Positions 28,815 through 38,288 are shown, counted from the first letter of the stretch. The stretch: 64,000 nt of DNA from an uncultured Christensenella sp. (GCA_910584635.1 CAJUBA010000001.1:264454-328453), one strand, 5' to 3'. Made by a program: numbers and translations. The notes: generated from the sequence alone by a model not told the origin.

Positions 28815-29495
28815 TTATTTAAGTTTTCCGCCGAAGAAATCGCAAACTTTGTCAAACCAATTTGTGCTTTGCTCGTATTGATATTCGGGGATAATTTCTA
28901 TCGGTTGCATCATTTCGCTGCCATCCGAAGTTGCCGCGCTGAAAACAGTCTCGCTATCAACCGGTTGTATTATATCGCTTTCAGCCGACGCTTCGTTTCC
29001 CGATATAAACTGATTCGCTATTAAAAGTCCGCATATAAGAAGCGCAACTACCATAATAGTAACCACTATCTTAATCATATCGGAATTGACGTTTTTCTTT
29101 TTCATCTTACCGCTTCTCTGATCGCTTATTCTTCTTACCTGAGCATTACGATCATAAGTTTCGCCCATGTACGCATCGTACTTGTACTGTTCTTGCGGAC
29201 TTACAAAACCGCCGTTTCTGCTGTAATTCTCCTGTTGTGGCATTTGACCGCTAGCCAAATATCTATCAACTTGATCTTGATAATAACTTGATACAAACCT
29301 AGGAGCGACATTCTGTTGATAACCGTAAGACTGTTGCGCATACTGCGAATTGAATCCGTAATTGCGATCGGGCATTTCAAAACCCTGTTGCGAATTCATA
29401 TTGGCTTGTCTATAACATATTTCTCTATCAGGCAACTGCTGTTCGTAATTAGCGTATTCGTCCTGTCTTCTTCTGTCTTTTACCATAAATGCCAT
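28815..29495 (-). CDS. Bitopic membrane protein with a Q/Y/N-rich low-complexity N-terminal domain, in the position normally held by ftsL
   Basis: About 140 aa rich in Q/Y/N/R (QQSYGYQQNVAPRFVSSYYQDQ...), one TM (IKIVVTIMVVALLICGLLIANQFI) and a C-terminal ectodomain of about 60 aa. No leucine-zipper-like coiled coil is visible. It lies between rsmH and the PBP gene. Confidence 0.6.
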   Translation of the reverse strand: MAFMVKDRRRQDEYANYEQQLPDREICYRQANMNSQQGFEMPDRNYGFNSQYAQQSYGYQQNVAPRFVSSYYQDQVDRYLASGQMPQQENYSRNGGFVSPQEQYKYDAYMGETYDRNAQVRRISDQRSGKMKKKNVNSDMIKIVVTIMVVALLICGLLIANQFISGNEASAESDIIQPVDSETVFSAATSDGSEMMQPIEIIPEYQYEQSTNWFDKVCDFFGGKLK

Positions 29496-29539
29496 CGTAG
29501 TTTACACCCCCGTTTGTATTTTTACCTTTATTTAATTTT

Positions 29540-30472
29540 TTACACCCTTTTCGCAATTCTCAATTTTGCGCTTGTCGATCTCGAATTTTCTTGCAACTCG
29601 TTCTCGCTTGCCGTCATCGGCTTCTTAGTTATTATTTCCACTTCTCTGCGTTTGTCGCAGGTACATATCGGTTGGTGCGGAGGACAGATACAATCTTTAT
29701 TGAGTTCCACAAACACCCTTTTTACTATTCTGTCCTCCAATGAGTGGAAAGTTATCACGCAGATACGTCCACTTATTTTCAACCTAAGACTCAACCGATT
29801 TATTACTTTATCCAAATCTTTGAGTTCTTCGTTTACTTCAATCCTTATAGCCTGAAAAGTTCTTTTACAAGGATTTCCAAATTTCCATCTCAATTTTGCC
29901 GGGTAGGAATTCTCCACTATTTCGGCAAGTTGAGCCGTCGTACGTATTTTTTCTTTTCTTCTCGCTTCGACGATATTTCTTGCGATTTTTCTAGAAAGTT
30001 TATCTTCTCCGTACTTCCATATTATGTCCGCCAACTTTTCTTCTTCGTATTCGTTGACTACGTTGTACGCGCTGAGATACTGCCCTCTATCCATCCTCAT
30101 ATCCAGCGGAGCGTCGGCGTTGTAAGAAAATCCTCTTTCTCCGTTATCCAACTGATATGACGATACTCCCAAATCTATCAGTACTCCGTCTAGTTTATCC
30201 ACTTCCAATTCGTCCAACCTTTCGATTACGTTTTTGAAATCGTCGTGGATATATGTAATTTTATCTTCGTACTCTTTCAGTCTTTGTTTTGCGCTCGCTA
30301 ACGCTTCTTCGTCTTTGTCGACCGCTATCAGTCTTCCCTGTCTAAGTCTTTTGACTATTTCCAGACTGTGTCCGCCTCCGCCCAAAGTACAATCGAGATA
30401 AATTCCGTCAGGTTTAATATCAAGTCCCTGTATACATTCGTCCAGCATTACCGACTTATGATTGAATTCCAT
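29540..30472 (-). CDS. rsmH: 16S rRNA (cytosine1402-N4)-methyltransferase RsmH (MraW)
   Basis: HKSVMLDE, DCTLGGGGHS, DLGVSSYQLD, SLEDRIVK. Confidence 0.95.
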   Translation of the reverse strand: MEFNHKSVMLDECIQGLDIKPDGIYLDCTLGGGGHSLEIVKRLRQGRLIAVDKDEEALASAKQRLKEYEDKITYIHDDFKNVIERLDELEVDKLDGVLIDLGVSSYQLDNGERGFSYNADAPLDMRMDRGQYLSAYNVVNEYEEEKLADIIWKYGEDKLSRKIARNIVEARRKEKIRTTAQLAEIVENSYPAKLRWKFGNPCKRTFQAIRIEVNEELKDLDKVINRLSLRLKISGRICVITFHSLEDRIVKRVFVELNKDCICPPHQPICTCDKRREVEIITKKPMTASENELQENSRSTSAKLRIAKRV

Positions 30473-30481
30473 CTTTTCGCC

Positions 30482-30940
30482 TTAGAACTTGAATGTCCCG
30501 AATATTTCATCGCCGTTTTCATCTTCATCGTCTTCAAGCAATTCTTGCTGAGCCTCGTATTCGTCGTAGACTTCTTTTGCCCAAAGTTCTATCGTATTGC
30601 CCATACCGATGAAAACTACTTCTTTGACGATTTGCAATTTCTCTCTCCAATTCTGAGGAATCGTAAATCTGCCTTGCTTATCCTCTTCCAGTTCTCTGAT
30701 GTGGCTGTATATTCCTCTGACCCTTGCCGATGTCCTACATTCTTCCGGCGGAACCATTCCGCTGTAACCTGCCAACAACGAGTTTAGCATATCGGATCCG
30801 AATATTCTGAGGTAGCAACCTTTCTTGTTTTTGAAACCGTAAATTTTGGTGTCGCCCAAAGCCGTTCTGTAAGACGACGGAATTCTTATTCTTCCGCGTT
30901 CATCTGCCTGTATAGTACTTGTACCAAAAATCGGCTTCAT
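30482..30940 (-). CDS. mraZ: Transcriptional regulator MraZ
   Basis: Two SpoVT/AbrB-like halves, each with DxxGR (DERGRIRIP, DKQGRFTIP). First gene of the dcw cluster. Strong SD. Confidence 0.9.
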   Translation of the reverse strand: MKPIFGTSTIQADERGRIRIPSSYRTALGDTKIYGFKNKKGCYLRIFGSDMLNSLLAGYSGMVPPEECRTSARVRGIYSHIRELEEDKQGRFTIPQNWREKLQIVKEVVFIGMGNTIELWAKEVYDEYEAQQELLEDDEDENGDEIFGTFKF

Positions 30941-30968
30941 GCTCCTCTCCTTTGCGTTTCGTAGTTTT

Positions 30969-30997
30969 ATTATACACTTAATATAAATCTATGTCAA
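30969..30997 (-). promoter_or_regulatory. Consensus SigA promoter of the mraZ/dcw operon (TTGACA-17-TATAAT)
   Basis: Minus-strand TTGACA (plus 30992-30997), a 17-nt spacer, TATAAT (plus 30969-30974), about 28 nt upstream of the mraZ ATG. Confidence 0.7.
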
Positions 30998-31003
30998 GAA
31001 AAA

Positions 31004-31020
31004 TTTCCATTTTTTTCCCA
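31004..31020 (-). promoter_or_regulatory. Candidate MraZ operator half (TGGGAAAAAAATGGAAA) abutting the -35
   Basis: TGGGA and TGGAA lie 11 nt apart, in register with TTGAC of the -35. An inverted near-copy is at 31156-31172. Confidence 0.35.
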
Positions 31021-31155
31021 AACATTTCAAAAAATTTTTAGATATATGAATTACTATATATTATATACTATGTATATAATAAAAAGTATTATATCTAAAT
31101 ATTATATAACTTATGAAAGAATTAAACTAAAAAAATTTTTCAAAAATCGACTTTT

Positions 31156-31172
31156 TGGGAAAATTATGGAAA
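31156..31172 (+). promoter_or_regulatory. Inverted near-copy of the TGGGAAAA..ATGGAAA motif
   Basis: TGGGAAAATTATGGAAA is 15/17 identical to the reverse complement of 31004-31020. The two are separated by an extremely AT/TA-rich 135 bp. Confidence 0.3.
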
Positions 31173-31471
31173 AAATACGCAATCAAATAGATTTTTCAAT
31201 AAATCCCTTTAATGTTACTGTAAAAAATAAGAACGTCAACCACCCTTTTTGTATTTTAATTGCTTAGAAAAACTAGTATTTCACTGCAAAAACACATATT
31301 TTTAAGTTATATCTATCATTTTTATTACACAGAAGCGATAACTTTCCCCCGTTTTAGGGCAAGTTTTCCATTTGATACATTTTATTGGGTATTCGTACCC
31401 AACCTTTCAAGCGCAGAGATAATTTATATAAAAATAATATTTAACTAAAATAAATAATACGTATACAGTCA

Positions 31472-31510
31472 GACTAAAATAGAAGTAAAACGTAGATATT
31501 ATGTTTAGTC
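31472..31510 (+). repeat. 39-nt GACTAAAAT...GTTTAGTC element, copy A
   Basis: About 32/38 identical to 54363-54400, and similar to the reverse complement of 48429-48466. The 7-nt termini are self-complementary. Confidence 0.55.
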
Positions 31511-31664
31511 TGATAAGTAATGAAATTTACTGATAGATTAGCATTTACATTTGTTTAATATGATTGTTTCCGTATAAGTGGTAGCAAACACTTGTCTGTT
31601 CTAATAAATCTTAGTAACATAATTTATAAATATCTTAAATATAGAAAAAATATAATTTACTTTA

Positions 31665-32354
31665 TTATTTACAAATACATACAAGTTTGTTGTTTACCCT
31701 ATCGCAAGACGTGAGATAATACGATATTCCGTTTTTATTCAAATACTCTACTGCTCTGCAATCTTTACCGTGCAAATGTCCGTAAACAACGGAATCCACT
31801 CTATACTCTTCAAAAATTGTCGTAAAGTCATTATCCGAAAAAGTGGCGTCAAACGGCGGAAAATGACACATCGCCAATATTTTCTCATTATTACATCTCA
31901 ATTCCGCAGCCTTTTTCAAAGACATTCTCAATCTTAGTTTTTCTCTTTCAAGTATTTTTTTATCGTCAGCGCTTTGCGAAATTATATTCCAAAGCCTACT
32001 CCCTGCTATAACAACTTCTCCAAGTTTTATCGCGTCGTTCTGAATAACGTAAAAATCTTCGGGAAGCGCTTTTCTAATCTTAGAAAGAGAACTCCACCAA
32101 TAATCGTGATTTCCTTTGATAAATACTTTTCTGCCCGGTAATTTTGCTATTTCGGCAATATCTATAAGCGCGTTTTCCAACGTCATTGCCCACGATATAT
32201 CGCCCGCAATCAACACTATGTCTTCATCTCCGACTTTCGCTCGCCAATCATCGCAAATTTTTTCCCAATAATTATCCCAACAAGCCCCGAAAATATCCAT
32301 CGGCTTGTCGCTTGAAAAAGATAAATGAAGATCGCTGATTGCATATACGCTCAT
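31665..32354 (-). CDS. Metallophosphoesterase (calcineurin-like, small cytoplasmic type)
   Basis: ISDLHLS, GDISWA, GNHDYWW, GHLHG. I prefer ATG 32354 (MSVYAISDLHL). The track's GTG 32387 would place the promoter inside the CDS. Confidence 0.8.
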   Translation of the reverse strand: MSVYAISDLHLSFSSDKPMDIFGACWDNYWEKICDDWRAKVGDEDIVLIAGDISWAMTLENALIDIAEIAKLPGRKVFIKGNHDYWWSSLSKIRKALPEDFYVIQNDAIKLGEVVIAGSRLWNIISQSADDKKILEREKLRLRMSLKKAAELRCNNEKILAMCHFPPFDATFSDNDFTTIFEEYRVDSVVYGHLHGKDCRAVEYLNKNGISYYLTSCDRVNNKLVCICK

Positions 32355-32360
32355 ATAATA

Positions 32361-32389
32361 ATTATACCAGATTTCAGCGATAATCACAA
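32361..32389 (-). promoter_or_regulatory. Promoter abutting the phosphoesterase start codon (TTGTGA-17-TGgTATAAT, 6 nt to the ATG)
   Basis: Plus TCACAA at 32384-32389 and ATTATA at 32361-32366, with ATG at 32354. No SD. Confidence 0.45.
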
Positions 32390-32436
32390 CCTTTGAATTA
32401 TTGTTTTTTAATTACGCGCAAAAAATATAATAATAT

Positions 32437-32461
32437 AAAGGTAGTATTCTCTACTACCCTT
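32437..32461 (-). terminator. Terminator after the Cys-rich protein gene
   Basis: Minus strand reads GGTAGTA-gagaa-TACTACC followed by a T-rich tail (TTTATATTATTATATTTTTT). Confidence 0.55.
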
Positions 32462-32480
32462 ATAAAATTGATAAATTATT

Positions 32481-33161
32481 TCAGTTGCTATTGAGATTAC
32501 ATCTGCATCTTGGCTCGACGCCGCATTCCTGCGGATAAAGCGGCAAGTCAAATACGCCGTCGCAAACCTGCTCATTGTATTCCTGACACGGTGGGATATA
32601 GCAATATCCGTAAGACGGCACCAACAGATGAACTTGCATTATTACTTTGAGAATCGTAGTCAGGCAAGCCGTCAGCGTAAACGTATTATCGGATACGTAT
32701 GTACCCCTCACGCTATAAAGCGAAGCGGACGCAACAATAGAGTACGGCATAACCGAAGGAGCCGAAGTATGAAGCACAACGTCTCTCGTTACGGAAACGG
32801 TAGCGCTGCCCGAACCTCTAACGCCTGCCGCGTCAACAAAATTAACCTGTATCGGCACAGTAATTGTACACTGAACTCTTGAAGAACACTGATCGTCCCC
32901 CATCGGAGTAACCGTCAAGTCGCTTATTGTCGCCTGAGCGGACGTCGAAGTCGCGCTTACAAACGTATACGGCGGAGTAAGTCCCGTAGCGGGAACCACG
33001 TCGGTCATCGTAACACTGAGGTCGGTGAGCGTTTCCTGACGCATACACATATCAAGTACTTTATCGCACTGAATACACGCTCTCTCGCAAATGCCATTCA
33101 AGCCGTTTCCCCTTATCGGACCGGGAACCTTATCGGACTTGCAGTTGTTGGAAAATGACAT
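32481..33161 (-). CDS. Cys-rich orphan protein (S/T/V/A-rich core flanked by Cys clusters), no signal peptide
   Basis: 226 aa with a strong AGGAGG SD and its own terminator. There are 14 Cys, concentrated in residues 7-39 and the last ~45 residues (YGYCYIPPCQEYNEQVCDG...ECGVEPRCRC). No family recognised. Confidence 0.6.
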   Translation of the reverse strand: MSFSNNCKSDKVPGPIRGNGLNGICERACIQCDKVLDMCMRQETLTDLSVTMTDVVPATGLTPPYTFVSATSTSAQATISDLTVTPMGDDQCSSRVQCTITVPIQVNFVDAAGVRGSGSATVSVTRDVVLHTSAPSVMPYSIVASASLYSVRGTYVSDNTFTLTACLTTILKVIMQVHLLVPSYGYCYIPPCQEYNEQVCDGVFDLPLYPQECGVEPRCRCNLNSN

Positions 33162-33440
33162 ATTATATTCCTCCTATTTGATTGTCATAAAGGCATACGT
33201 TATTTTGTATGCTCACAACTATATATTCAAATAATGAAATTTATGTTACAACCTACCGCGCGCTTAAACTTATCGGAGTAGAACTCTGTAATTTTTATAA
33301 GATAAAAACTATAAAATACATGATAAAATAAGATTTTGACAAAAATCTAAAAATAGTATTTTAATAGATGATTGTCAAATATAGTGGGCATATTATTATA
33401 AAAGTTGATTTAATTAAGAACAATTTTAGAAAATAATTGT

Positions 33441-34034
33441 CTATTTGTAAGTATTTAGCAAATGTTCGATTTTAGCAAGAACTTCCTCTTTGCCGATTTT
33501 AGCGCTAGATGAAACCATCATAATATTATCAACACCCAAACACAATTCCCTTGCAATTACTTGCTTTTGTTTCATACTCGCCTGCCTTGAAAGTTTATCG
33601 CACTTAGTCGCAATAACGTTAAAAGGAATTTGATAATGATGTAGATACGCGACCATTTGCTTATCCAAAGCGGTCGGCTCATGGCGTATATCAACTAATA
33701 GAAAAACGTTTATAAGACGTTTTCCCGATTGTAGATATTCGCCTATCAACTTATCCCAATCGTCCATTACTCCGCCGCTTACTTTTGCATATCCGTACCC
33801 GGGCAAATCCACTAACATAAACTCGCCTTTGTTTATTTCGAAATAATTCAAAAGTTTAGTTTTTCCCGGCGTAGACGACGTCTTTGCCATCCCCTTTATA
33901 TTTACCAAGTAGTTAATAAAAGAAGACTTGCCCACGTTGGACTTACCCGCTATCGCAATTTCAGGCATATTGTAATCTACACGCTGTTTAGAATTTGCAA
34001 CGGAAGTAATAAATTTACACTGTTTAATCTCCAT
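33441..34034 (-). CDS. engB: Ribosome-biogenesis GTPase EngB/YsxC (YihA)
   Basis: PEIAIAGKSNVGKSSFIN G1 motif and DLPGYGYA. Follows lon as in Bacillus. ATG 34034 avoids the overlap with lon created by the track start at 34079. Confidence 0.9.
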   Translation of the reverse strand: MEIKQCKFITSVANSKQRVDYNMPEIAIAGKSNVGKSSFINYLVNIKGMAKTSSTPGKTKLLNYFEINKGEFMLVDLPGYGYAKVSGGVMDDWDKLIGEYLQSGKRLINVFLLVDIRHEPTALDKQMVAYLHHYQIPFNVIATKCDKLSRQASMKQKQVIARELCLGVDNIMMVSSSAKIGKEEVLAKIEHLLNTYK

Positions 34035-34054
34035 AATCTTTCTCTTTAGTATAT

Positions 34055-36364
34055 TTATATATTTACACCGCAAGCGCATTCGAAAACAGTTGCAATATTG
34101 TCTACCAAAACGAAATTTATTTCGTCTAGCACGGTTTTCGGCAACTCCTGCATATCTTTCTTATTTTGTTCGGGTATTATTACCGTTTTTATCCCGCTTC
34201 TCTGCGCAGCAAGCGTCTTTTCTCGCAATCCGCCTATAGCCAGAACCTTACCCCTAAGAGTGATTTCTCCGGTCATAGCCAAACTTTCCTTTACGCTTTT
34301 ACCTGTAAACGCCGATAAAATCGCTGTCGCAAGAGCAATTCCCGCGCTAGGGCCGTCTTTTGGAGTCGCTCCCGCCGGAACATGGATATGAATATCGTTT
34401 TTATTAAACAAATCTTCTCCAATATTCAAATCTTTCGCCTTACTTTTTATCAAAGATAACGCGATTTCCGCAGATTCTTTCATTACGTCGCCCAAACTGC
34501 CGGTAAGATGAATCTTTCCGCTGCCGTAAGGCAACAATTTTACTTCTATCGGCATAGTTACGCCACCTACGCTAGTCCAAGCAAGTCCGTTGACAGCGCC
34601 GACTTCTCCGCTTACAATATCGCTATCTCCCTGAAACTTCTTTCCTCCTAGATACTCATCAAGATTTTCAACAGTTATTTGATATGATACGTTTTCTCCG
34701 CCGACTATCTTAGTCGCAATCTTTCTACAAGCGTTTGCGATTTGTCTTTCCAATTCTCTTACGCCCGATTCCCTCGTATATCCGTCAATAATCGCTTCGA
34801 TAGCCACGTCGTTAAACTCAACATCGCAGTCTTCAATACCGTTCTGTCGTTTCTGCTTAGGCACTAAATAACGCTTTGCGATTTCCAACTTTTCACATAC
34901 GGTATAACCGTCCATTTCAATGACTTCCATTCTATCAAGCAACGGTTTTTGTATTGTCGAAAGCGTATTTGCAGTCATAATAAACATTACCTGAGATAAA
35001 TCAAAAGGCAATTCCAGATAATTATCCCTAAAATTAGCGTTTTGGTTCGGGTCCAATACTTCCAACATGGCGCTCGACGGATCCCCTCTCATATCTGACG
35101 TCATTTTATCTATTTCGTCAAGCAAAAACAACGGATTACTTGTCTTAGCCTTTGACATACATGAGATTATTCTACCAGGCATAGCGCCGATATAAGTCTT
35201 TCTATGTCCTCTGATTTCCGCCTCATCGCGTATTCCGCCCAAACTCATGTGGATGTATTCTTTTCCCAATGCTTTTGCAATCGACTGCGCAATCGAAGTC
35301 TTTCCTACGCCGGGAGAACCAACCAGACAAATAATCGGCGCTTTATTGTTATCTCCCGCCAATTTTTTGACTGCAATAGCCTCAATTATCCTATTTTTAA
35401 CCTTTTCTATACCAAAATGATCTTCGTCAAGAACTGCCCTTATATGCTCCAAATCAAAATTATCTTCGGTATATTCCCCCCACGGTAAAGACAGTGCAAT
35501 ATCCAAATAATTTCTCAAAATAGCGTATTCAGGCGAAGATACGTTCATCTTCTCCATACGACTCAATTCTTTATTCAGTTTAGACTTTATTTCGTCATTC
35601 GCTTTAAGTTCGGTTATTTTTTTCTTAATTTCGTCAAACTCGCTTTCATCTTCGCCAAGTTCTTTCTTAATAACTTTTATCTGCTCTCTCAATAGAAATT
35701 CTTTTTGATTTTCTTTGAGCGTTTCATCGAGTTTTCTATCAATATCCCTCATTACGTTACGCTTATACGTTTCCACTTTAAGCGTAGCCGAGAGTTTCTG
35801 CGCCTTCAACTCCCAATCGCTCTCGTTCAAATATTCTTGTCTGTCAAGATCTTTTATACTATCCGCAACTAAGTTCATTATCGCATAGACGCTATCCATT
35901 TTCTCATAAGCAAGCCAAACTGCCTGCCTGATAGGATAATTATATTTTTCCAGAGCCTTGATATCTTTATAAATAATGCCTTTATATAGACTTTCTTTGA
36001 ATTCCGCGTCAAACAACTGTCCATTGCTTTCTTCAACATCCGCCCATATTATATCTTCGTCGTCCATTGCCGCGTCAAGCAGAGCCATACGCTCCACTCC
36101 CGACAAACGAACCAATGATTTATCTACTTTATCTTGGAAATCAACTACGTTGCAAAGAACGCCGTATTTATGCGCGTCTTTTATGCTTTCAAATTTCTCT
36201 TTATCTTTGATAAATTTACCGACAAAAATCTGCGTTCCTTCCTTAAACGCATATCTCAAAGCCCTTCTACTGTATCTGCTTACAATTTCCAACGTTTTGG
36301 TAGTATCGGGCAAAATTACCTCGTCTGTAAGCGCCACCATGGGTAACGTTCTAGTATTTGACAT
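34055..36364 (-). CDS. lon: ATP-dependent protease Lon (LonA)
   Basis: Walker A GSPGVGKTS and catalytic PKDGPSAGIA. 769 aa. Confidence 0.95.
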   Translation of the reverse strand: MSNTRTLPMVALTDEVILPDTTKTLEIVSRYSRRALRYAFKEGTQIFVGKFIKDKEKFESIKDAHKYGVLCNVVDFQDKVDKSLVRLSGVERMALLDAAMDDEDIIWADVEESNGQLFDAEFKESLYKGIIYKDIKALEKYNYPIRQAVWLAYEKMDSVYAIMNLVADSIKDLDRQEYLNESDWELKAQKLSATLKVETYKRNVMRDIDRKLDETLKENQKEFLLREQIKVIKKELGEDESEFDEIKKKITELKANDEIKSKLNKELSRMEKMNVSSPEYAILRNYLDIALSLPWGEYTEDNFDLEHIRAVLDEDHFGIEKVKNRIIEAIAVKKLAGDNNKAPIICLVGSPGVGKTSIAQSIAKALGKEYIHMSLGGIRDEAEIRGHRKTYIGAMPGRIISCMSKAKTSNPLFLLDEIDKMTSDMRGDPSSAMLEVLDPNQNANFRDNYLELPFDLSQVMFIMTANTLSTIQKPLLDRMEVIEMDGYTVCEKLEIAKRYLVPKQKRQNGIEDCDVEFNDVAIEAIIDGYTRESGVRELERQIANACRKIATKIVGGENVSYQITVENLDEYLGGKKFQGDSDIVSGEVGAVNGLAWTSVGGVTMPIEVKLLPYGSGKIHLTGSLGDVMKESAEIALSLIKSKAKDLNIGEDLFNKNDIHIHVPAGATPKDGPSAGIALATAILSAFTGKSVKESLAMTGEITLRGKVLAIGGLREKTLAAQRSGIKTVIIPEQNKKDMQELPKTVLDEINFVLVDNIATVFECACGVNI

Positions 36365-36381
36365 ATTTTCTCCTTAGTCAA

Positions 36382-36416
36382 AGAATACGAATAAATCAAA
36401 TTATTATTCGTATTCT
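36382..36416 (-). terminator. Stem-loop between clpX and lon (possible leaky terminator)
   Basis: 13-bp AT-rich stem AGAATACGAATAA/TTATTCGTATTCT with only a short U tail. Confidence 0.3.
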
Positions 36417-36446
36417 AAAAAATTTGGAACAATTGTAAGAATTTTC

Positions 36447-37676
36447 TTAACTTTTTCTTATAATTTGCGGACCTTTTTCTCCGCGCACGACATCCTTTGT
36501 AATGACGATTTTTTCTATAGTATCGTCTGTCGGAATATCGTACATAAGTTCCAACATAATATTTTCAAGCACCGATCTCAATCCTCTTGCGCCGGTATTG
36601 AGTTTAATTGCTTGATTCGCGATTTCTCTTAACGCGTCATTTTCGAAATCAATTTCTACGCCGTCTATCTCAAAAAGTTTCTTATACTGTCTTATCGGCG
36701 CGTTTTTGGGTTCAATCAAAATCTTAACCAAAGCGTCCGTATCCAAAGCGTCAAGACCGACCACGATAGGAATTCTACCTACAAATTCGGGAATAAGTCC
36801 GTATTTTATAAGGTCGTCCGGCTTAATATCTCCGATAAGTTCTCCATAACCGATCTTATTATTCTCTCTTACCTTTGCCCCGAAACCTAATCCCGAACCG
36901 TCCAAACGCTTATCGATTATCTTATCAAGTCCGACAAACGCTCCGCCGCAGATAAAAAGTATATTGGTCGTATCGATTTGTATACACTCTTGTTGCGGAT
37001 GTTTTCTTCCGCCTTGCGGAGGCACGCTGGCAACGGTGCTTTCTATTATTTTCAACAAAGCCTGCTGCACGCCCTCTCCCGAAACGTCCCTTGTGATAGA
37101 CATATTTTCGCTTTTGCTTGCGAGTTTATCAATCTCGTCAATATAGATTATGCCAAGTTGAGCCTTTTCGATATCGTAATCGGCCGCCTGTATAAGTTTC
37201 AACAAAACGTTTTCAACGTCCTCGCCCACGTAACCCGCTTCTGTAAGCGTCGTCGCGTCGGCAACGGCGAAAGGCACGTTAAGAATTTTAGCAAGAGTCT
37301 TAGCCAGCAAAGTCTTACCGCTTCCGGTAGGTCCAAGCATAAGTATATTGCTTTTATCCAATTCCACGTCGCCGCTATTGTAATTTATACGTTTGTAATG
37401 ATTATATACCGCAACGGACAAAACTTTTTTAGCCTTATCCTGCCCTACTATATACTCGTCGAGTTTTTCCTTTATCTCATGAGGTTTAAGCAGATTTCCA
37501 GGCGCAGCGTTATTTTCGTCGGCGTATGGATCAAGCGTGTCTTTTTTAATCATTTGCACGCATGTAGCAACGCAGTCATAACAAATTCCCACTTCCGGAT
37601 CTGCGCCGGGAATTATACAGTCTATATCCTCATAAAGTATTCTTCCGCAGAGCATACATTTTCTTTTACTGTCCAA
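36447..37676 (-). CDS. clpX: ATP-dependent Clp protease ATP-binding subunit ClpX
   Basis: N-terminal Zn-binding CMLC...[21 protein letters not shown] prefer TTG 37676 (6 nt after a GAGAGG SD) over TTG 37682. Confidence 0.9.
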   Translation of the reverse strand: MDSKRKCMLCGRILYEDIDCIIPGADPEVGICYDCVATCVQMIKKDTLDPYADENNAAPGNLLKPHEIKEKLDEYIVGQDKAKKVLSVAVYNHYKRINYNSGDVELDKSNILMLGPTGSGKTLLAKTLAKILNVPFAVADATTLTEAGYVGEDVENVLLKLIQAADYDIEKAQLGIIYIDEIDKLASKSENMSITRDVSGEGVQQALLKIIESTVASVPPQGGRKHPQQECIQIDTTNILFICGGAFVGLDKIIDKRLDGSGLGFGAKVRENNKIGYGELIGDIKPDDLIKYGLIPEFVGRIPIVVGLDALDTDALVKILIEPKNAPIRQYKKLFEIDGVEIDFENDALREIANQAIKLNTGARGLRSVLENIMLELMYDIPTDDTIEKIVITKDVVRGEKGPQIIRKS

Positions 37677-37678
37677 AA

Positions 37679-38263
37679 TCAACCTCTCTTATTAAAAATT
37701 TTGTCGACAAGTCCGTATTCAAGCGCCTCTTCCGCTGACATATAATTATCTCTTTCACAATCGGCAAGCACTTTTTCATACGGTTGATTACTGTTTTCCG
37801 CCAATATTTTAGTCAATTTTTCCTTAGTTTTTTGTATATGGTTTGCTGTAATTACAATATCGGACGCCTGACCTCTTGCTCCGCCCAACGGTTGATGTAT
37901 CATTACTTCGCTATTCGGCAATAAAAATCTCTTGCCTTTCGCTCCGGATGAAAGCAAAAACGCTCCCATAGACGCTGCCATACCTATACAAATCGTGCTG
38001 ACGTCGCACTTTATATAATTCATGGTATCATAAATGGCAAGTCCCGCCGTTACGCTTCCTCCCGGGCTGTTAATATATAAACTTATATCTTTAGATGAAT
38101 CTTTCGCCTCCAAATAAATTAACTGAGCCACTACTGTATTTGCCGTTTCGTCCGTAATTTCTCCTGAGATAAAAATAATTCTGTCTTCGAGCAAACGGGA
38201 ATAAATATCGTAACTCCTTTCTCCTTTGTCTGTCTTGTCTACAACGTAAGGTATCAAATTCAT
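37679..38263 (-). CDS. clpP: ATP-dependent Clp protease proteolytic subunit ClpP
   Basis: [11 protein letters not shown] (Ser), MIHQPLGG (His), [10 protein letters not shown] (Asp). Confidence 0.95.
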   Translation of the reverse strand: MNLIPYVVDKTDKGERSYDIYSRLLEDRIIFISGEITDETANTVVAQLIYLEAKDSSKDISLYINSPGGSVTAGLAIYDTMNYIKCDVSTICIGMAASMGAFLLSSGAKGKRFLLPNSEVMIHQPLGGARGQASDIVITANHIQKTKEKLTKILAENSNQPYEKVLADCERDNYMSAEEALEYGLVDKIFNKRG

Positions 38264-38288
38264 ACCAAAACCCTCCTATATAATTATT

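Noticed and set aside
31046-31448. ORFs of 73 and 62 aa upstream of mraZ
   Set aside because: They lie in an extremely AT-rich promoter region, have an implausible I/Y/K/N composition, and have no SD.
36978-37745. 255-aa plus-strand ORF
   Set aside because: Antisense to clpX/clpP, with no RBS and no recognisable motifs. The same artefact applies to 24158-24868, 43721-44203, 29316-29855, 16886-17410 and 8776-9267.
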